Source: Eledone cirrhosa (taxonomy: Eukaryota). From it: DNA of 64,000 bases. The position numbers and the translations under genes are program-made. Location of the stretch: contig OZ024743.1 in NCBI GenBank assembly GCA_964016885.1, positions 5,518,001 to 5,582,000 on the forward strand, read 5' to 3'. Below, piece after piece: positions 15,491 through 30,900 of this stretch (its first letter is position 1; every line of letters begins with the position of its first letter). The notes below the pieces were generated by a model. It worked only from the letters and a program-made list of their open reading frames with translations. It was not told the DNA's origin and ran no database searches.

Positions 15491-16063
15491 TTATTATCAT
15501 TATTATTATTGAAGACATGCCAATCGTGACCATCCTGCCATTTTCAGTGTATCTGGGAATGCCATATTTTATGTATACTTTCTTTTTTTTTTTAGTATGA
15601 TTTGAGGAAAATTTAGCTGTTATTTCTAGCCGGTCAAACAACTATGTAGAGAGTCTACATGGTTGGCTCCTATATAATAAACAGAAGTATATTAGTGTAC
15701 CGCGAGAAATGATAATATAAGGTTTCACGAAGCAGGCCTTTCTATAAGAGAAGGGGTATTTTTTTAACTTTGATAGACTTCAAGTTATTTTTGGTAGATC
15801 TGCTTCCTACTTGATCATCTGTCTTTCAACACACACACACACGCACACGCACACACACACACACACGCACACACACGCACAGACACACAAACACTCATAT
15901 ATATATATATATATATATATCTTTATAGATAGATAGATATGTTTCTTTATTAGCCACAGGGACACAAGAGAAGGGGACAAATACAAAGGGGGAAGTTTAC
16001 ATACAATAAAAACGTGTAAAATATTATCACAAATGCAATTTAAAAATTAGTCGATTTTCCCCA

Positions 16064-16178
<115 letters not shown>

Positions 16179-16374
16179 TAGTTATTGAGATATTGATATA
16201 TTCTATATACATATATATATACATATACACAAATACACATGTGAGCATTTATATGTCTACATATGTGTTATAAAGAATTGTAAAAAAAGAGAAAGAAAGA
16301 AAGAAAGAAATACAAACTATACAAGCAAGTTTTGAAAACTGCCCCAGCATGGTCTGAACAATGATTGTTTAAAA

Positions 16375-16447
<73 letters not shown>

Positions 16448-16495
16448 ATGAGTGTGTGTAAAGTATATGATGTAACTAAATCATATTATATCTAC

Positions 16496-16631
16496 CTTGG
16501 TACAAATTCCGGCATCTTGAAAGAGTTAAAGGTCTTCTTTCGGCCCTTGATATCAAGGTATCATCGTCCATATCCAGAGACACACTACTGATGCTACCAG
16601 TTGAAGCACGCTGCTCCACCTCCGCTGCCAT
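16496..16631 (-). CDS. Probable first coding exon of an unidentified gene (MAAEVEQRASTGSISSVSLDMDDDTLISRAERRPLTLSRCRNLYQ..)
   Basis: Start context gcgtcaaaATGGCAGCG; 45 open codons of non-repetitive sequence ending at the donor CAAG|GTAGAT (phase 1); too short for the ORF track. Confidence 0.65.
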
Positions 16632-16995
16632 TTTGACGCCACCACATTGAAGATTTTCAAGAAAAGAGAGAAGAAAATAGATGAAAGAAGGGAGGCCTTA
16701 ACCGTTCTTAAAGACTAGCAGTGAGTGATGATGCCAGTTGTTACTGTGGTAACATGGAAATAATAGACGATCCACTCTGCATCACTCCTTCTCCTCTCTC
16801 TCTCCCTCCAGCCTTTTTTCTTTCTTTCTGGCTGATTTCCTATCTGGCTTTCTTCTCTTTCTTTTTCTCGCTTTCCCTCTCTCTTTATTAAACTAATGTT
16901 TTATTTATCTCTCTGCCAGCAGGTTGAAATAGTAAACCGGCTCGCATGGTTTTGACGGAAGCGAACGACGGCCTCGCCGCTTAAAAAGTCTAGCA
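16620..16995 (-). promoter_or_regulatory. Putative promoter / 5' UTR of the minus-strand gene
   Basis: CpG-enriched patch at about 16935-16980 with an ETS-like CGGAAG; YY1-like GCCATTTTG overlaps the ATG; pyrimidine-rich leader. Confidence 0.4.
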
Positions 16996-17305
16996 GTACT
17001 ACTACTGTTTGTTAGTTAGTCTAAATTTGGATGTTGAAGGTTGTTGTTTATTCAACACAAGTTCAGCCACAAGCGACCACGCTTGATTAACGGCATTCCA
17101 GCCATGACCATCGTAACTTTTGTGGGATATATAGTCCTACATTATCTAGTACGTCGTTTCTTTATTTAAGAGGAAATTTGATTGGTGTTTCTAGCAAGTC
17201 AAGCGGCCACATACAAGATTGGTCCCTCGCTGACTCGGCCCCCTCTTGAAAGGTTGATGATAAAACTGATGCTAACGACAGTAGTAGTAGTAGTAGTAGC
17301 AGTAA

Positions 17306-17366
<61 letters not shown>

Positions 17367-17497
17367 CGTGTCAATGGTAATGGTTGTGATGGGTGCTAGA
17401 GGAACTGTATTTTAAACGAGAGCCTGTGAGGTACCAATAGTGTTTTGTTCGTGCCGACATTAATACTGATCCAAAAGAAGACCCCTTCTTTCACACC

Positions 17498-17544
<47 letters not shown>

Positions 17545-17549
17545 ACCCA

Positions 17550-17591
<42 letters not shown>

Positions 17592-18069
17592 AACAAACAA
17601 TAACAACAAGCCACAAGCATTGATAGATTAAAGTAATGTCTTTACCTAAGATACTCGCTACTCTCATAACTCTGGTATTGGTGGGACATATTAAAGAGAA
17701 GGGAGAAATAAGGATTTATTGTTCTTTAATCCGTCTGTTTGTCTTCTCTCATCTCTTCTGTGGAGACAGTAGACATGGATTTCTTCATTTGTCAATCTAT
17801 TTATGCAATCACACACGCATATATATATATATATATATATATAGGGGGAGGGTGTATATATATATTCAATGTGGTCTACCCTTCGTGGTAGGGTCCGTAC
17901 CTATATATGAAGTCTGAAAGTATACAGTTATATAACCGCTATAGATCAGTCAATATGTTCATATGATCAACCCTCCGAAACGATGGTAAAACAATGATAT
18001 GGATAGGTAAAATAACTTAACTTTGTTGTTATTATTTTCATTGTTAAATTAATATCTTATATATATATA

Positions 18070-18336
<267 letters not shown>

Positions 18337-18371
18337 AATATGCATACACACACAAATATATATGTGTGTGT

Positions 18372-18677
18372 AATAATTGTTTCTACTTTTGGCACAAGGC
18401 CAGCAATTACCCAGTGTATTACTGGTACTTTATTTTATCGACCCCGTAAGGATGAAAGGCAAAGTCAACCTCGGCGGGATTTGAACTCAGATCGTAAAGG
18501 GACGTAACTATGATGGAAAGCATGGTGTCCGACTCTCTACCGATACTGCCTAATAAAGGCCAACAATTTTGGGGAAGAGGAAAGTCGATTAAATCTACCC
18601 CACTACGTTACTGGTACTTTATTTTATGGATCTCGTAAGGATAGAAGGTAAAGCTAACCTCGGCGGGATTTGAAATC
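18372..18677 (-). mobile_element. Two adjacent tRNA-derived SINE copies
   Basis: Reverse complement of the dominant SINE. Confidence 0.8.
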
Positions 18678-18696
18678 AATAATAATAATAATAATA

Positions 18697-19810
18697 TTTT
18701 CTTTGTTGGCCACAAGGGCCGACAAATAGGGGACAATACAATAGACAGGGACAGTGAAAGTTTACAATAAAATCGAGTAAAAACAAATTTACAGATAACA
18801 ATAAACAAAAAAGTAAAACAAATAAAATTCCCCAATGGGGAGGGGCACCAAGGGGGCGAGTCAGGAACCACACCAATCCTGGACTACCCAACACCCCCGA
18901 GGAAGATGCTCTCTCCTCTTCAAATCAGCCAGCCTACAGGCACATGGTTGGAGTAGGCCCATTCACACGAGCCATCCCCGCAACATTCACCCACCTTTAA
19001 GCGAATGTACTAGTGGACAGCACTTCCTCCTTCACCCTCACATTCCTTTCCAGGTGAAACTTGAAAAAGATGCTGAGGGATTGGCCGAAGAGAAAGGTGT
19101 CTGTCTTCAGTCCTTTCAGCCACGTCCACCACACAACCTCTTTCCTTACAGCCACCAGGCAGAGGCGGGTAGCATTTCTCTCTCCACTCTGTGATTTCCT
19201 CTTCAAGTAAAACTTGAAAACATTAATCAGAGCTTCGCTGAAGAGGAAAGTGCTTATCTTCAACTATTTCAATCGTGTCCACCACACGAGCTCTTTCGCT
19301 ATGGCCACTAGGCCATAGAAGCTGCCTGTCCTTCACGGCCAAAAGAAGGCGGCGGGGAGATTTTCACGATGGACTCGGTCGATAGCTGGATCCGTTCCAC
19401 ACGCGATAACAGCTGATAGAGGGCAGTGAGCGCCTGGCAACATTCCAAATGTCAGGCACCCAGTCTCGGTCTTTTATTGACCCAGGACTGCAGCACAGTC
19501 AACGAGACAAGCTGCGGAAAGACCAGCCCGTCTCGCAGAGGGTGCTGGCAACAGATCGCTGCACCAATGGAACCTGTCCCTTCCACAAAAAGTTGAAGAG
19601 CAGGCATTCCAGTTTGGTGAGGTGCGAACGAGGGTAGAGCATGACGGTCAGACGAAAATAGATGACGGAGTCGATGTACGAGTTCGCCACCTCCACCCAA
19701 CCTTTCAGGGATAGCTTCCTGTCGGCCTATTTCTGGGTTAGAGTGGCCACCCTGCTCGTTACCTCGACCCAGTTCTTATCCACCTAGAGGTCCTGTCCTA
19801 ACCAGACCCC
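18697..19810 (-). mobile_element. 5'-truncated L1/Tx1-like LINE (post-RT region and 3' UTR), frameshifted
   Basis: RKLSLKGWVEVANSYIDSVIYFRLTV..LFNFLWKG and VVWWTW..FFKFHLERNVRV resemble the C-terminal part of Tx1/L1 ORF2; ends in an (ATT)n tract. Confidence 0.7.
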
Positions 19811-20077
19811 ATAAATAACATTACCCGGACTTGTGCCTCGAAAAATAACTTTCTATGTGCAAATCTCATAGTGATTCGATGTCATTGGTGCCAAGTTGTA
19901 TCGGCCTTCTTTGCTTTTCCCTTGGACAACACCAGTGGCGTGGAGAGGGGCGACTGGTGTGCATGGGTGATTACTGGTCTTCCACAAAAACATGTTGCCT
20001 AAACTTGTGCTTTGAAGGGGAACTTTCTAGCTGCAAATACGATGGTCATTCGTGACCGAAGGATGTCTTTACCCTTC

Positions 20078-20135
<58 letters not shown>

Positions 20136-20339
20136 ACAAAGAGAGCGTGGTAAGATACCAGGACCATAACGCACCAAAGTACTCGATATTTTGGGTAGTA
20201 GAGTTCGGATCTAGCTGTCGAAACGGCCATAGCTCAGCTGTCGGAGTCCTCAATCTTTTCATATTACCCACTCTACTACCCCAAGTATCGAGTACTCTGG
20301 TGGGTTATGATCTAGCTGGTTTTTACCACACCCTATCTG

Positions 20340-20370
<31 letters not shown>

Positions 20371-20375
20371 TTTTA

Positions 20376-20653
20376 ATTAAAATAACAGATTAAAGCTTAA
20401 GCAAAGAATCGCTGCTTTCACCCTTAACGGGATCTTCTGAAACTAAAAGAGTCAATCTGTGAACGCAGAAGTAAATATTAAAGATTGACTTTTTTAGTTT
20501 CAGAAGATCCCGTTAAGGGTGAAAGCAGTGATTCTTTGCTTAAACTTTAATCTGTTATTTTAATAAATATTTGCTCTGCGGTTCTTATATATTTGATATA
20601 TATTTATCCTTATCGAGCCCTCTTTGGATTTTAGTCTTCAAATTTATTATTAT

Positions 20654-20660
<7 letters not shown>
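20376..20660 (+). mobile_element. Short (TA)n-associated element with an ~80-bp inverted arm; fragments at 11793-11907 and 12583-12628
   Basis: About 20378-20459 is inverted at about 20484-20563; shared tail gagccctctttggattttagt. Confidence 0.55.
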
Positions 20661-20689
<29 letters not shown>

Positions 20690-20733
20690 GTGTGTGTGTG
20701 TGTGTGCCGATTGTGTTGTTTTTTTCTGTTTAC

Positions 20734-20771
<38 letters not shown>

Positions 20772-21436
20772 TTTACTTTTGTTATCTTCTAACTTTATTT
20801 TTGTGCTTTATTCAAACTAAATTCTCTGTGTATCTGTAAGCTATTATAATTCGCGTTAGATCACACATAAACACTATAAATAGAAAGCTACTTATAAATA
20901 AACCCATTAATTGAAACACATGCACATAGACACATGAATGCTATTGCTATTCTTTTGGTTATCATCATCATCGTCATCATCATCATCATCTTCATCATTT
21001 TTTTTTTTTTTCGTTTGATTTCCATTTTATTTCATCTTCCGGTCGGGTCTCAACCAAAGACCCAATGCACATTAAATAGAGAGAAAAGTCCTGTGAAGGT
21101 GACCGGTTGATGTCAGCACAAATTTTGAACCTCGTAAATTGTTAGTTTCCTTGAGATCTGGTCAAAAAATCTTAGGGCGGTGGATTAGCAGTGGTGATCT
21201 TCGTCAACTTTGCCTTTTTTCATTGCGGGGTTGATAAAATAAAGTACTAGTTGAGTACTGGCGACGATATAATCAATTCTCCCCTTCTCCCAAATTGCTG
21301 GCCTAATAAGTGATTCCAGAATTGAGCACGATCGTGAGCGATCGTACCTTGAGCTGATCGATTGCAAAACGCGCGTCGCGTGTGAATAAAATATGTATAA
21401 GATGCTAAATTGATACTTCATTTCCGCTTGCTTAAT

Positions 21437-21866
<430 letters not shown>

Positions 21867-23607
21867 TGATAATATATTTTTTTGCAAAACTTTGGTATTC
21901 CTTAAGAGTGCCATCTTCTGAAATTCACATAAGAAAAGGTTTAGATAATAGTAATTAGATTTTCTTCTTCCTATCATGATTCATGGCGTTGTTTCTTGTG
22001 AGCACATGAGAATATTTTGATACCTCTGTTTGTAGGTTTTATGTGTGGAGAGTTTTCCAAACTTCTTTACTGAAATATCATTCTCTGTTGAGTAAGCCCC
22101 GTTGATTAAGTGCCTCAATATTCATTTCCGGCTCACTGCACTGAAGTCAAATCCCGCTTAAGTCAAATTTGCCTTTCATCTTTTCGAGATTGACAAATAA
22201 AATACTAGCCCAGTACTGGGGTCGATCACCCCTCTCTCTCTCTCTCTCCTTCTCTGAAAGAATTGGTTGGGTTCAGAAATGGAGGAGGTTGGCTCTACCA
22301 AGAAAAGAGAGAGAAAGAAATCCTTGTACAAAATGGTGTACGGTCACAAACAACGAAAACACATTAAAATACATATATATACATATAGATACCACTCAGG
22401 CACGAACTTCGGCAAGAAATCGCCTTACATCCGTTGAGCAACCTACTTTCTGTAACATAAACAAAATATGTTAGACTAATTGATGATGTACCTTGTTAAA
22501 TATTTCTGCTGACATGCTATGAACACGTTCTTACACGAAGGAACACGTTCAGTAGGGGCTCTGAAGGGGTGGTACAAGGATCAACTATAGCGAACAATGT
22601 TAATATTGATGTTTCCTTGTGGAAGGTAGATGTATCTGACCGCCCGCTTTGAGGTAGAAAATGCTACACTGAGCGCAACTTCTTTCAAAATAACTGTAAT
22701 GCATAAGCTAATAATCGTCGTTAATAACTGCACTTTTATAATACACTGACTGACACATATTTTAGTGCATTAGATCCAACATACCACTTTATACACTGAT
22801 GCATCAACTCATGTGTTGAAATTATAGTTAGACCTATTTTGTGGTTCACTTGGGACGCTGGTTTCAAAATTGACATCATTTTTACCCAATATACTCTAAT
22901 CAATCAATGATCTGTTAGTTTCGTACAAAAATATCAGTAATATTACATGTTATTAAAACAACTACATACTACTAAATCAATCTATTTCAGTAAAGGCATT
23001 AAACAATGAAACTGTCTACTTTGTCTACTTAAGCAATATATTCCCTATATTGCTAACTTAAAGCACGGATTTTTTATGGTCTCCAGATACGAAAGTTTAT
23101 AATGGACAACAGTAAGTCCTGCGAATGTTCTTCATTCAGATCTGCCAACCTCTAAAAACACAAACGGGGAGTACCATGAAAAAAGGTGCCCCAAAACGGT
23201 GAGAAATGTGACAAAATGAGGAGATTTTACATAATGAAAGCTATGCCCATTTTCACAAGAGAATACATCTCTCATCTACTCCAAAGTGGGTTGAGATCTC
23301 CCTGTCGGGAGGGGAGAGTTGACAGGTCTGTTTCGTTTGTTCTTGTTGTCAAAAGCTTTCACAAGAACCATAAGACAGACACCTACTCTGAATTAGTTGA
23401 GGACGTGTTCTCCAATATTAATAAGGTCAACTGTAACATGAGCAACAACATTTGTTACCTCCAGTCATTTCATTGCACTCTTTTGTTTCCACTTATGTAT
23501 TTTTTGAAAATGTTATTTATTCATTATAAAAATTAAATGATAACATCCTATATGTAGGTGGGCCCCCTTCATCTGGCAACCAATATTTTAGACCTAGTCC
23601 GCCACTG

Positions 23608-25164
<1,557 letters not shown>

Positions 25165-25593
25165 ATTGAAAGTCTATGGATTTCGCAAAATACATAATAT
25201 TTTTTATTGGAGAAGGTAAGATATTTTTCCGCAAAAATTTGATCGCACTGTTTTGTTTCCACTTTTGTATTTTTCGAAAATGTTATTTATTCATTATAAA
25301 AATTAAATGATAGCATTCTATATGTAGATGAGCCCCATTCATCTCCTGGCAACCAATATTTTTAGACCCAGTCCGCCACTGGTTGGACAAGTGTTTCGTG
25401 TAGTAGATATAGAGAGCGGGGAGTTTGGTGTTAATGGATATAGAGAGGGGTTTGGAAAGATAGTTCCGTGTAATAGATATAGAGAGGCGCAGAGTTTGGC
25501 GCTAATTGATGTAGAGAGGGGGAATTGGAAAAGAGATCCGTGTACTAGAGAGGCGATGTCTTGGTAGATATAGAGAAGGGTAGAGTTTGGTGG

Positions 25594-25916
25594 CACTCTC
25601 GGATCCCAAATAATAGGAGGGGTGGCAATAATGGTGGTGGTGGAGAGGGGGCGTTCGTAAATATGGGATTTCTTTTGTCATATATAATATTTTTTTTAAT
25701 ATAATATTCTTTTAAAGTAAAATAAAATAGTTATTAGATTCTCCAGCTGCTGTATTAATATGAATCACAATAAAATTTCGCCAGAGATAGATTAGCAAAA
25801 TTTAATTAGCGGGTCAGGGTTGTGGTGGAATAAAAACCGGGCGGGGGGGATCTAACAAATTAACAATCGGGGGATGGGGACGATTATTCAAGACGATTAT
25901 TCAAGACCTGAAAGTA
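25594..25916. mobile_element. Degenerate MITE
   Basis: Imperfect TIRs ACTCTCGGATCCCAAATAAT / ATTATTCAAGACCTGAAAGT. Confidence 0.35.
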
Positions 25917-26161
25917 TGTAAATTATTGACGGACGTAAGAATGTAAACTCAATACCGAAGTAGAATTTGAATATTCATTTATTATGGCTAAGCATGTTAC
26001 TCTGAAGTCTCACTTGAGTACTCACAAGACCATCAGAGAAGACTGATTATCCTGTGAGTGGGCAGGTGAAACTTTAGAGTAACAAAGCTCACCAATAGCC
26101 ATAATATATATATATATATTTGATGTTGATTTGGTTATCAATATTAATATTATTAGGTTAC

Positions 26162-26282
26162 CCACTGAAGATTTATAAGAGCCCACTTCAATAAGTATCT
26201 GTTGATCTTATACAAGCTTCTACATAACTTGGTATATTTTCACCCAACTTGTAGAAATCTTATAATGAAACGAGTCGTCTGG
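26162..26282 (+). ncRNA. Type I hammerhead motif with a long stem II insert, in a (TA)n-flanked element (about 26120-26450)
   Basis: CCA-CTGAAGA-tTTATAAGA..TCTTATAAt-GAAA-CGAGTC-GTC-TGG; near-palindromic stem III ACGAGTCGT; GUC triplet. Confidence 0.65.
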
Positions 26283-26542
26283 AAAATGATATATCTCATA
26301 TGAAATAATACAGCCAATTATCCACACAATACAATATAGTTAGCACCCCAAACGTTTAATTGGGAATATACTCAGGTATTTCCTAATGTTTGTTGAGTGA
26401 GTTGGATTGCCGGAGTATCGCTATTAGCTTTCTCCGATTATGTATTTATATATATATATATAATTCAGTTTCTTACCAAATGCGAAGAAGCTCAATATAG
26501 GAAAGGGAACAGAGCATAATTTTTTTTAATTATATATATTTA

Positions 26543-26782
26543 CAGTGGCGGTGGAACTGGGGGGGGGGCTGCATGCTCCCCTCCAGAAATTATATTTTCT
26601 CCCCAAACTACCAAAACACACATCTATTTGGATATGCGCTACAATTTATGCACATGTTATGTTTATTGCATATCGAAGTTTTCTGACCATCTTAGAGTGC
26701 AAAGGGCTAAACTAATCACTACAACTAAATTGTCCAAATGTTCCCCCCGCCCCTTAATTCAGAAATGCTTCCACCGCCTCTA
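26543..26782. mobile_element. MITE with CAGTGGCGGTGGAA / TTCCACCGCCTCT termini (hAT/Tip100-like)
   Basis: Terminal inverted repeats; no clear TSD. Confidence 0.5.
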
Positions 26783-27275
26783 TACAACCGGTGCCATTTG
26801 ATTAAACATCGGTCCAAATGTACCTAAGAATAATTCTAATTTGTAAGACAGCCAGATGTCAGGTGTGCAAATAGATACAAAGTTATCCCGTGTCGCCAAA
26901 ACTAAAACTGGCAGGAAACAATTGGTATATTTGGAATCCGTGCTCCAAATAAGATAATATTTTTGATGCAATTGTTTTTGTTAGTAGTGGTGGTTGTGTT
27001 ATCAAGTCATCAGCTTTTGGAAGCCCTATAGCTAAATCTAGCTTTATTATTTTTGACGGTTGGGTTTATGCTGTCATTTAGGGAATAAACTCGTGATGTT
27101 TCTATCTTCCATACTGTATTCCTCGACTATTTTATGTCTGTTGTACTTTATGGTATGTATATGAAGACTTGTTAATCTCCCATCCGACGGGGAGATCTCC
27201 CAACCACTTTGGGGTGGGTGAGAGATGTCTTCTCTTGTGAAAATGGGTATAGCTTTCATTATGTAAAATCTCCCC

Positions 27276-27447
27276 GGTGGATTGGCAGTATCGGTAGAGG
27301 GTCGGACGCCATGCTTTGACGCATAGAGTTACGGCCCTTGCCATTTTGAGTTCAAATCCCGCCGGGGTTAACTTTGCCTTTCATCCTTACGAGGTCGAGA
27401 AAATAAAGTACCAGTAATACACTGGCCTTGTGCCAAAAGTAGAAACA
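27276..27447 (+). mobile_element. SINE nested in a MITE, with an 18-bp TSD
   Basis: ATTATGTAAAATCTCCCC at 27258-27275 and 27448-27465; A-box TGGCAGTATCGG and B-box GAGTTCAAATCC. Confidence 0.9.
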
Positions 27448-28369
27448 ATTATGTAAAATCTCCCCATTTGCCTCGTTTCTCACCGTTTTGGGGGCTCTTT
27501 TTTTCATGGTACTCCCCGTTTGGGTTGTTAGAAGTTAACAGGTCTGTATATATATGCTTAATGATGAGTATATATGTGGGTTATGAAGAATATGTAGGTA
27601 GATTATATATTCTGCAAAATATGTGTATACTCTTTGCTTATTAAAGGCAAATGTTTGGCTTTTACCATTTTGTTTTGCATCTGTTTCTAATAAAGTATCT
27701 TGTTTTCGCGGAGATAAGTGTCCAATATGACTGAAAGGGCTTTATAGATCACTTAACCAGTACACAAAAAGCTGTAGCAATAGTAGTCTATTAATTACTT
27801 CCGTGACCAGAATCAACATCCAACTGCTTACGAGAGACAAAACACGGTGATTAATTTTTAAAAAGCACTCGGTACACTTTAAAAACCCTACAAACAAATA
27901 ACTTGTTTTCCAATAATATACATAAACACTGACATACTTTCCCACAGACTGACAGCTCGTTTGGGAAATAATAGCATCTTGCCAGATGAAGAAAGTTGGT
28001 ACCGGAAAATGATGTAAAGATCAGCAATTGGTAAATCCAACAGGTATTAAAGACATTGACTAATGGTTTCTAACAGAAATGTCTAAGAGCAAGGGAAGAC
28101 TATTATATACAACACAGTACTTGACTGGTACACCGTAAGGATAAAAGGCAAAGATAACTTCGACGAGATTTGAAACCAACACGTAGAGTGTCGTAACGAA
28201 ATACTGTAATGCCTTTTATTCGACATTATAAACGATTCTGTCAGTCAATTGCCCCAATAACACTAGAATCTAGTGTCATTATCTAGATAAAATAAAGTAC
28301 CAGTAATGTACTGGGTAATTGCTGGCCTTGTGCCAAAAGTAGAAACAATTATCTAGTAACTAGATAATG

Positions 28370-29090
28370 AAACAAAACTCTAAGGCATGGTTGATTACTT
28401 AAAAGCTTTTAACACCATACAATCCTGAATATTGTAGACACTGTATATAATCAGAGCAGCCCCACTGTTGGTAGTATCAATAATGCCATGGAAAACTGGA
28501 GAACATCAATAATACAGCAAAATAAAGAGGTGATAAAATCAGCCCTGTCCCCGTAAGACAGAAATCTCTCAAACTGTGGCAACTCTAATAAATTTACTGG
28601 ATTAAATAACCAATGGTTACAAATGCTATAGACACGCTATAAATTATTTCCACAATATGGATAATTTAAACTATATAACAGAGATAACGGCTAGCTGAAG
28701 AGAGAGAGCTTCTACATGGTCACTTGGTCTGCTAGAAATAACAGTCAAATCTTTCTTAACTTACGTCATACCGCTTTGAACAGAAATAGATTGAAGACGA
28801 AAGGTGATTATAGAACGCCTCTGGCCATAGATATGTCCAATTAGGGTTGGCTTCGAGCTAAACAACAATAAATCCGTACATGGATTCAGCAAAAATAGAA
28901 TGGGATTAGATGAATGTGCCAAAGTTACATTAAGAAAAGATAAATCATATAAAACTAAGAACAGGAAATTATCTTCAGACACTGAAATCATAATAGAACT
29001 GTATTTAGTTAATATCAAAAGCCGAAGTCAATTCCATAAATAAGACTAGATAGGAATCCACAAGTCATCCCAGTCATAAACTACAAAGTC
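28370..29090 (+). mobile_element. Highly decayed R4/Dong-like RT remnant
   Basis: GLDECAKVTLRK near 28903 resembles the FGLDKCAK motif that follows the RT YMDD box; many stops. Confidence 0.4.
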
Positions 29091-29633
29091 AAGAGTGCCT
29101 CAACATGATCCTTTTTCTTGTTAGAAATAGCAGCCATGTCTACCTTATATCATATAGTGTACTCGTGCCATCAATAATGACAGCAATAGCGTTGAACGTA
29201 TTTAATTTTGGAGTGAACTCATGCCGTCAATAACGACGACGGTAGCGTTGGACGAATTTAATGTTTGGTCCAGGAGTGGTATACCTTATACACCAGGATT
29301 ACCGGATATATGAACTGAGAAATTTGCATTTTATTTTTATCAATTAATGGTTTGCATCAGAGAAACCGTATAGTTTATATTGAACACAGATACGAGGAAG
29401 TGATTAAAGATTAAAATGATGTTTTAATAATTTATTCCTAAGCTATAATTATATAAATGTTCAGATATATGTAGAAATGACATACATGATTAAATGTATG
29501 TGTAAGTTCGGAGAAATAACTATTTACAGGGGTAAATGTAAGATTAGAACCCAAGTCCTTGTCATTAGAAAGCGAACTTGTTACCATAACGACATTACTG
29601 AGATAGGAAATGCATTGGGTATATTATGTATAA

Positions 29634-29946
29634 GCAGCGAATTGGCAGTCGTTAGAATATCTGATAGAATGCTTTATTGTATTCGTACTGACTCTCTGCC
29701 CTCTGAGTTCAAATCCCACCGAGTTCAACTTTGCCTTTCTTCCTTTCGATGTCGATAAAAACGTACCAGTCTAGTACCGGGGTCGATTCTTCCTCTATAT
29801 CTCTAATTTCCCCTCTCTCACGTTCTATCTGGAAGAAATCTGTTGGAGAGGGATGGGCTCCACCAGTTTTAAAATGCCCAAGAAACGCTGTCTGTTAATA
29901 CAGCGCCCCTAACACTCAGTCAGGAGTTACGGGTCCATACATACAT
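29634..29946 (+). mobile_element. SINE with an alternative 3' tail; also at 52735-53007, tail only at 7150-7318
   Basis: Same tRNA head and core as the dominant SINE, then ..gggctcc(g/a)ccag..ggagttacgggtccatac. Confidence 0.7.
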
Positions 29947-30559
29947 ATTTTGTGTATGTCTGTATATGTTTGAGTATGTAAATTTTATACAAATATACTG
30001 AAACATATGGTGTATTATTAAGGCTGGTCCTACTGCCTTAAGGAAGGATACATTAGAAGGGGGTTTACCTGATTGGGCTACAAGAAGCGGATTACGATAT
30101 ACTGTAGGACGTCACATTACTTTTGTTAGATTTTAGTTTTACCTTTCATTCTTTCGGGGTCAATGAAATAAAGTACCAGTAACGCATTAGGGTCGATTTA
30201 ATCGAGTTAGCCTTCCCTTCAAATTGCTGGCCTTGTGTCATATGTAGAAAGAATTATTGGGCGGCGGATTGGCAGAGCATCGGATAACATGCTTTGCGGC
30301 ATATAGTTACAGCTCTTTATGTTCTAAGATCAAACCCGCCGAGGGGTCGATTTAATCGACCCCGCCCCCTCTACTCTAAATTGCTAGCCTAGTGCCAAAT
30401 GTAGAAACAATTATTATTGATTATTTGAAATGCATTATACATAACGATTGTCTTTTTTTTTCTTCCTTTTTATTTTCATTTTTTTGCTTCAAAAAGAATT
30501 AAGAATATTTTTTGAGGTAAAAAAGCTTACATAAAAAGGGTTCAAGGTTAACAAATGCT

Positions 30560-30900
30560 GTGTGTGGATGTGCTTACAATAATTATAGTCCCCAGCATTA
30601 CTATTTTATGAAACGTGATTATAGCGTATAGGTAATCCATCATTGTCGTTACAAAAGTGGTTGAATATCATTTCTGTTGTACCGATTACAACTGGTATGA
30701 TGGACACATTGCTTGACTGCCATATTTACTTGAAATCAATAGCTCAGTGAAGGTAATTTCTTTGCTTTTCAGCTGGCTTCTGCGCAACATTTTAGTCATT
30801 CACCATTGCTATCTCCATTATTAATACCTCAGTCATTGTTGTCAAGGAAAATGATATCAGGTTTATTATCCGACGTTCAATGGTGTGTCTGTGAGCTAAA
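30560..30900 (-). mobile_element. Decayed R4/Dong-like LINE endonuclease (RLE) fragment
   Basis: NKPDIIFLD..VLIMEIAMVND*NVAQK.AEKQRNY..IWQSSNVSIIPVVIGT matches the PD-(D/E)xK RLE pattern. Confidence 0.6.

Noticed and set aside
20500-20540. Hammerhead-like CAGAAGA..GAAA (similar CCGAAGA..GAAA near 11985-12010 on the minus strand)
   Set aside because: U4 is mutated and stems I and III are unconvincing.
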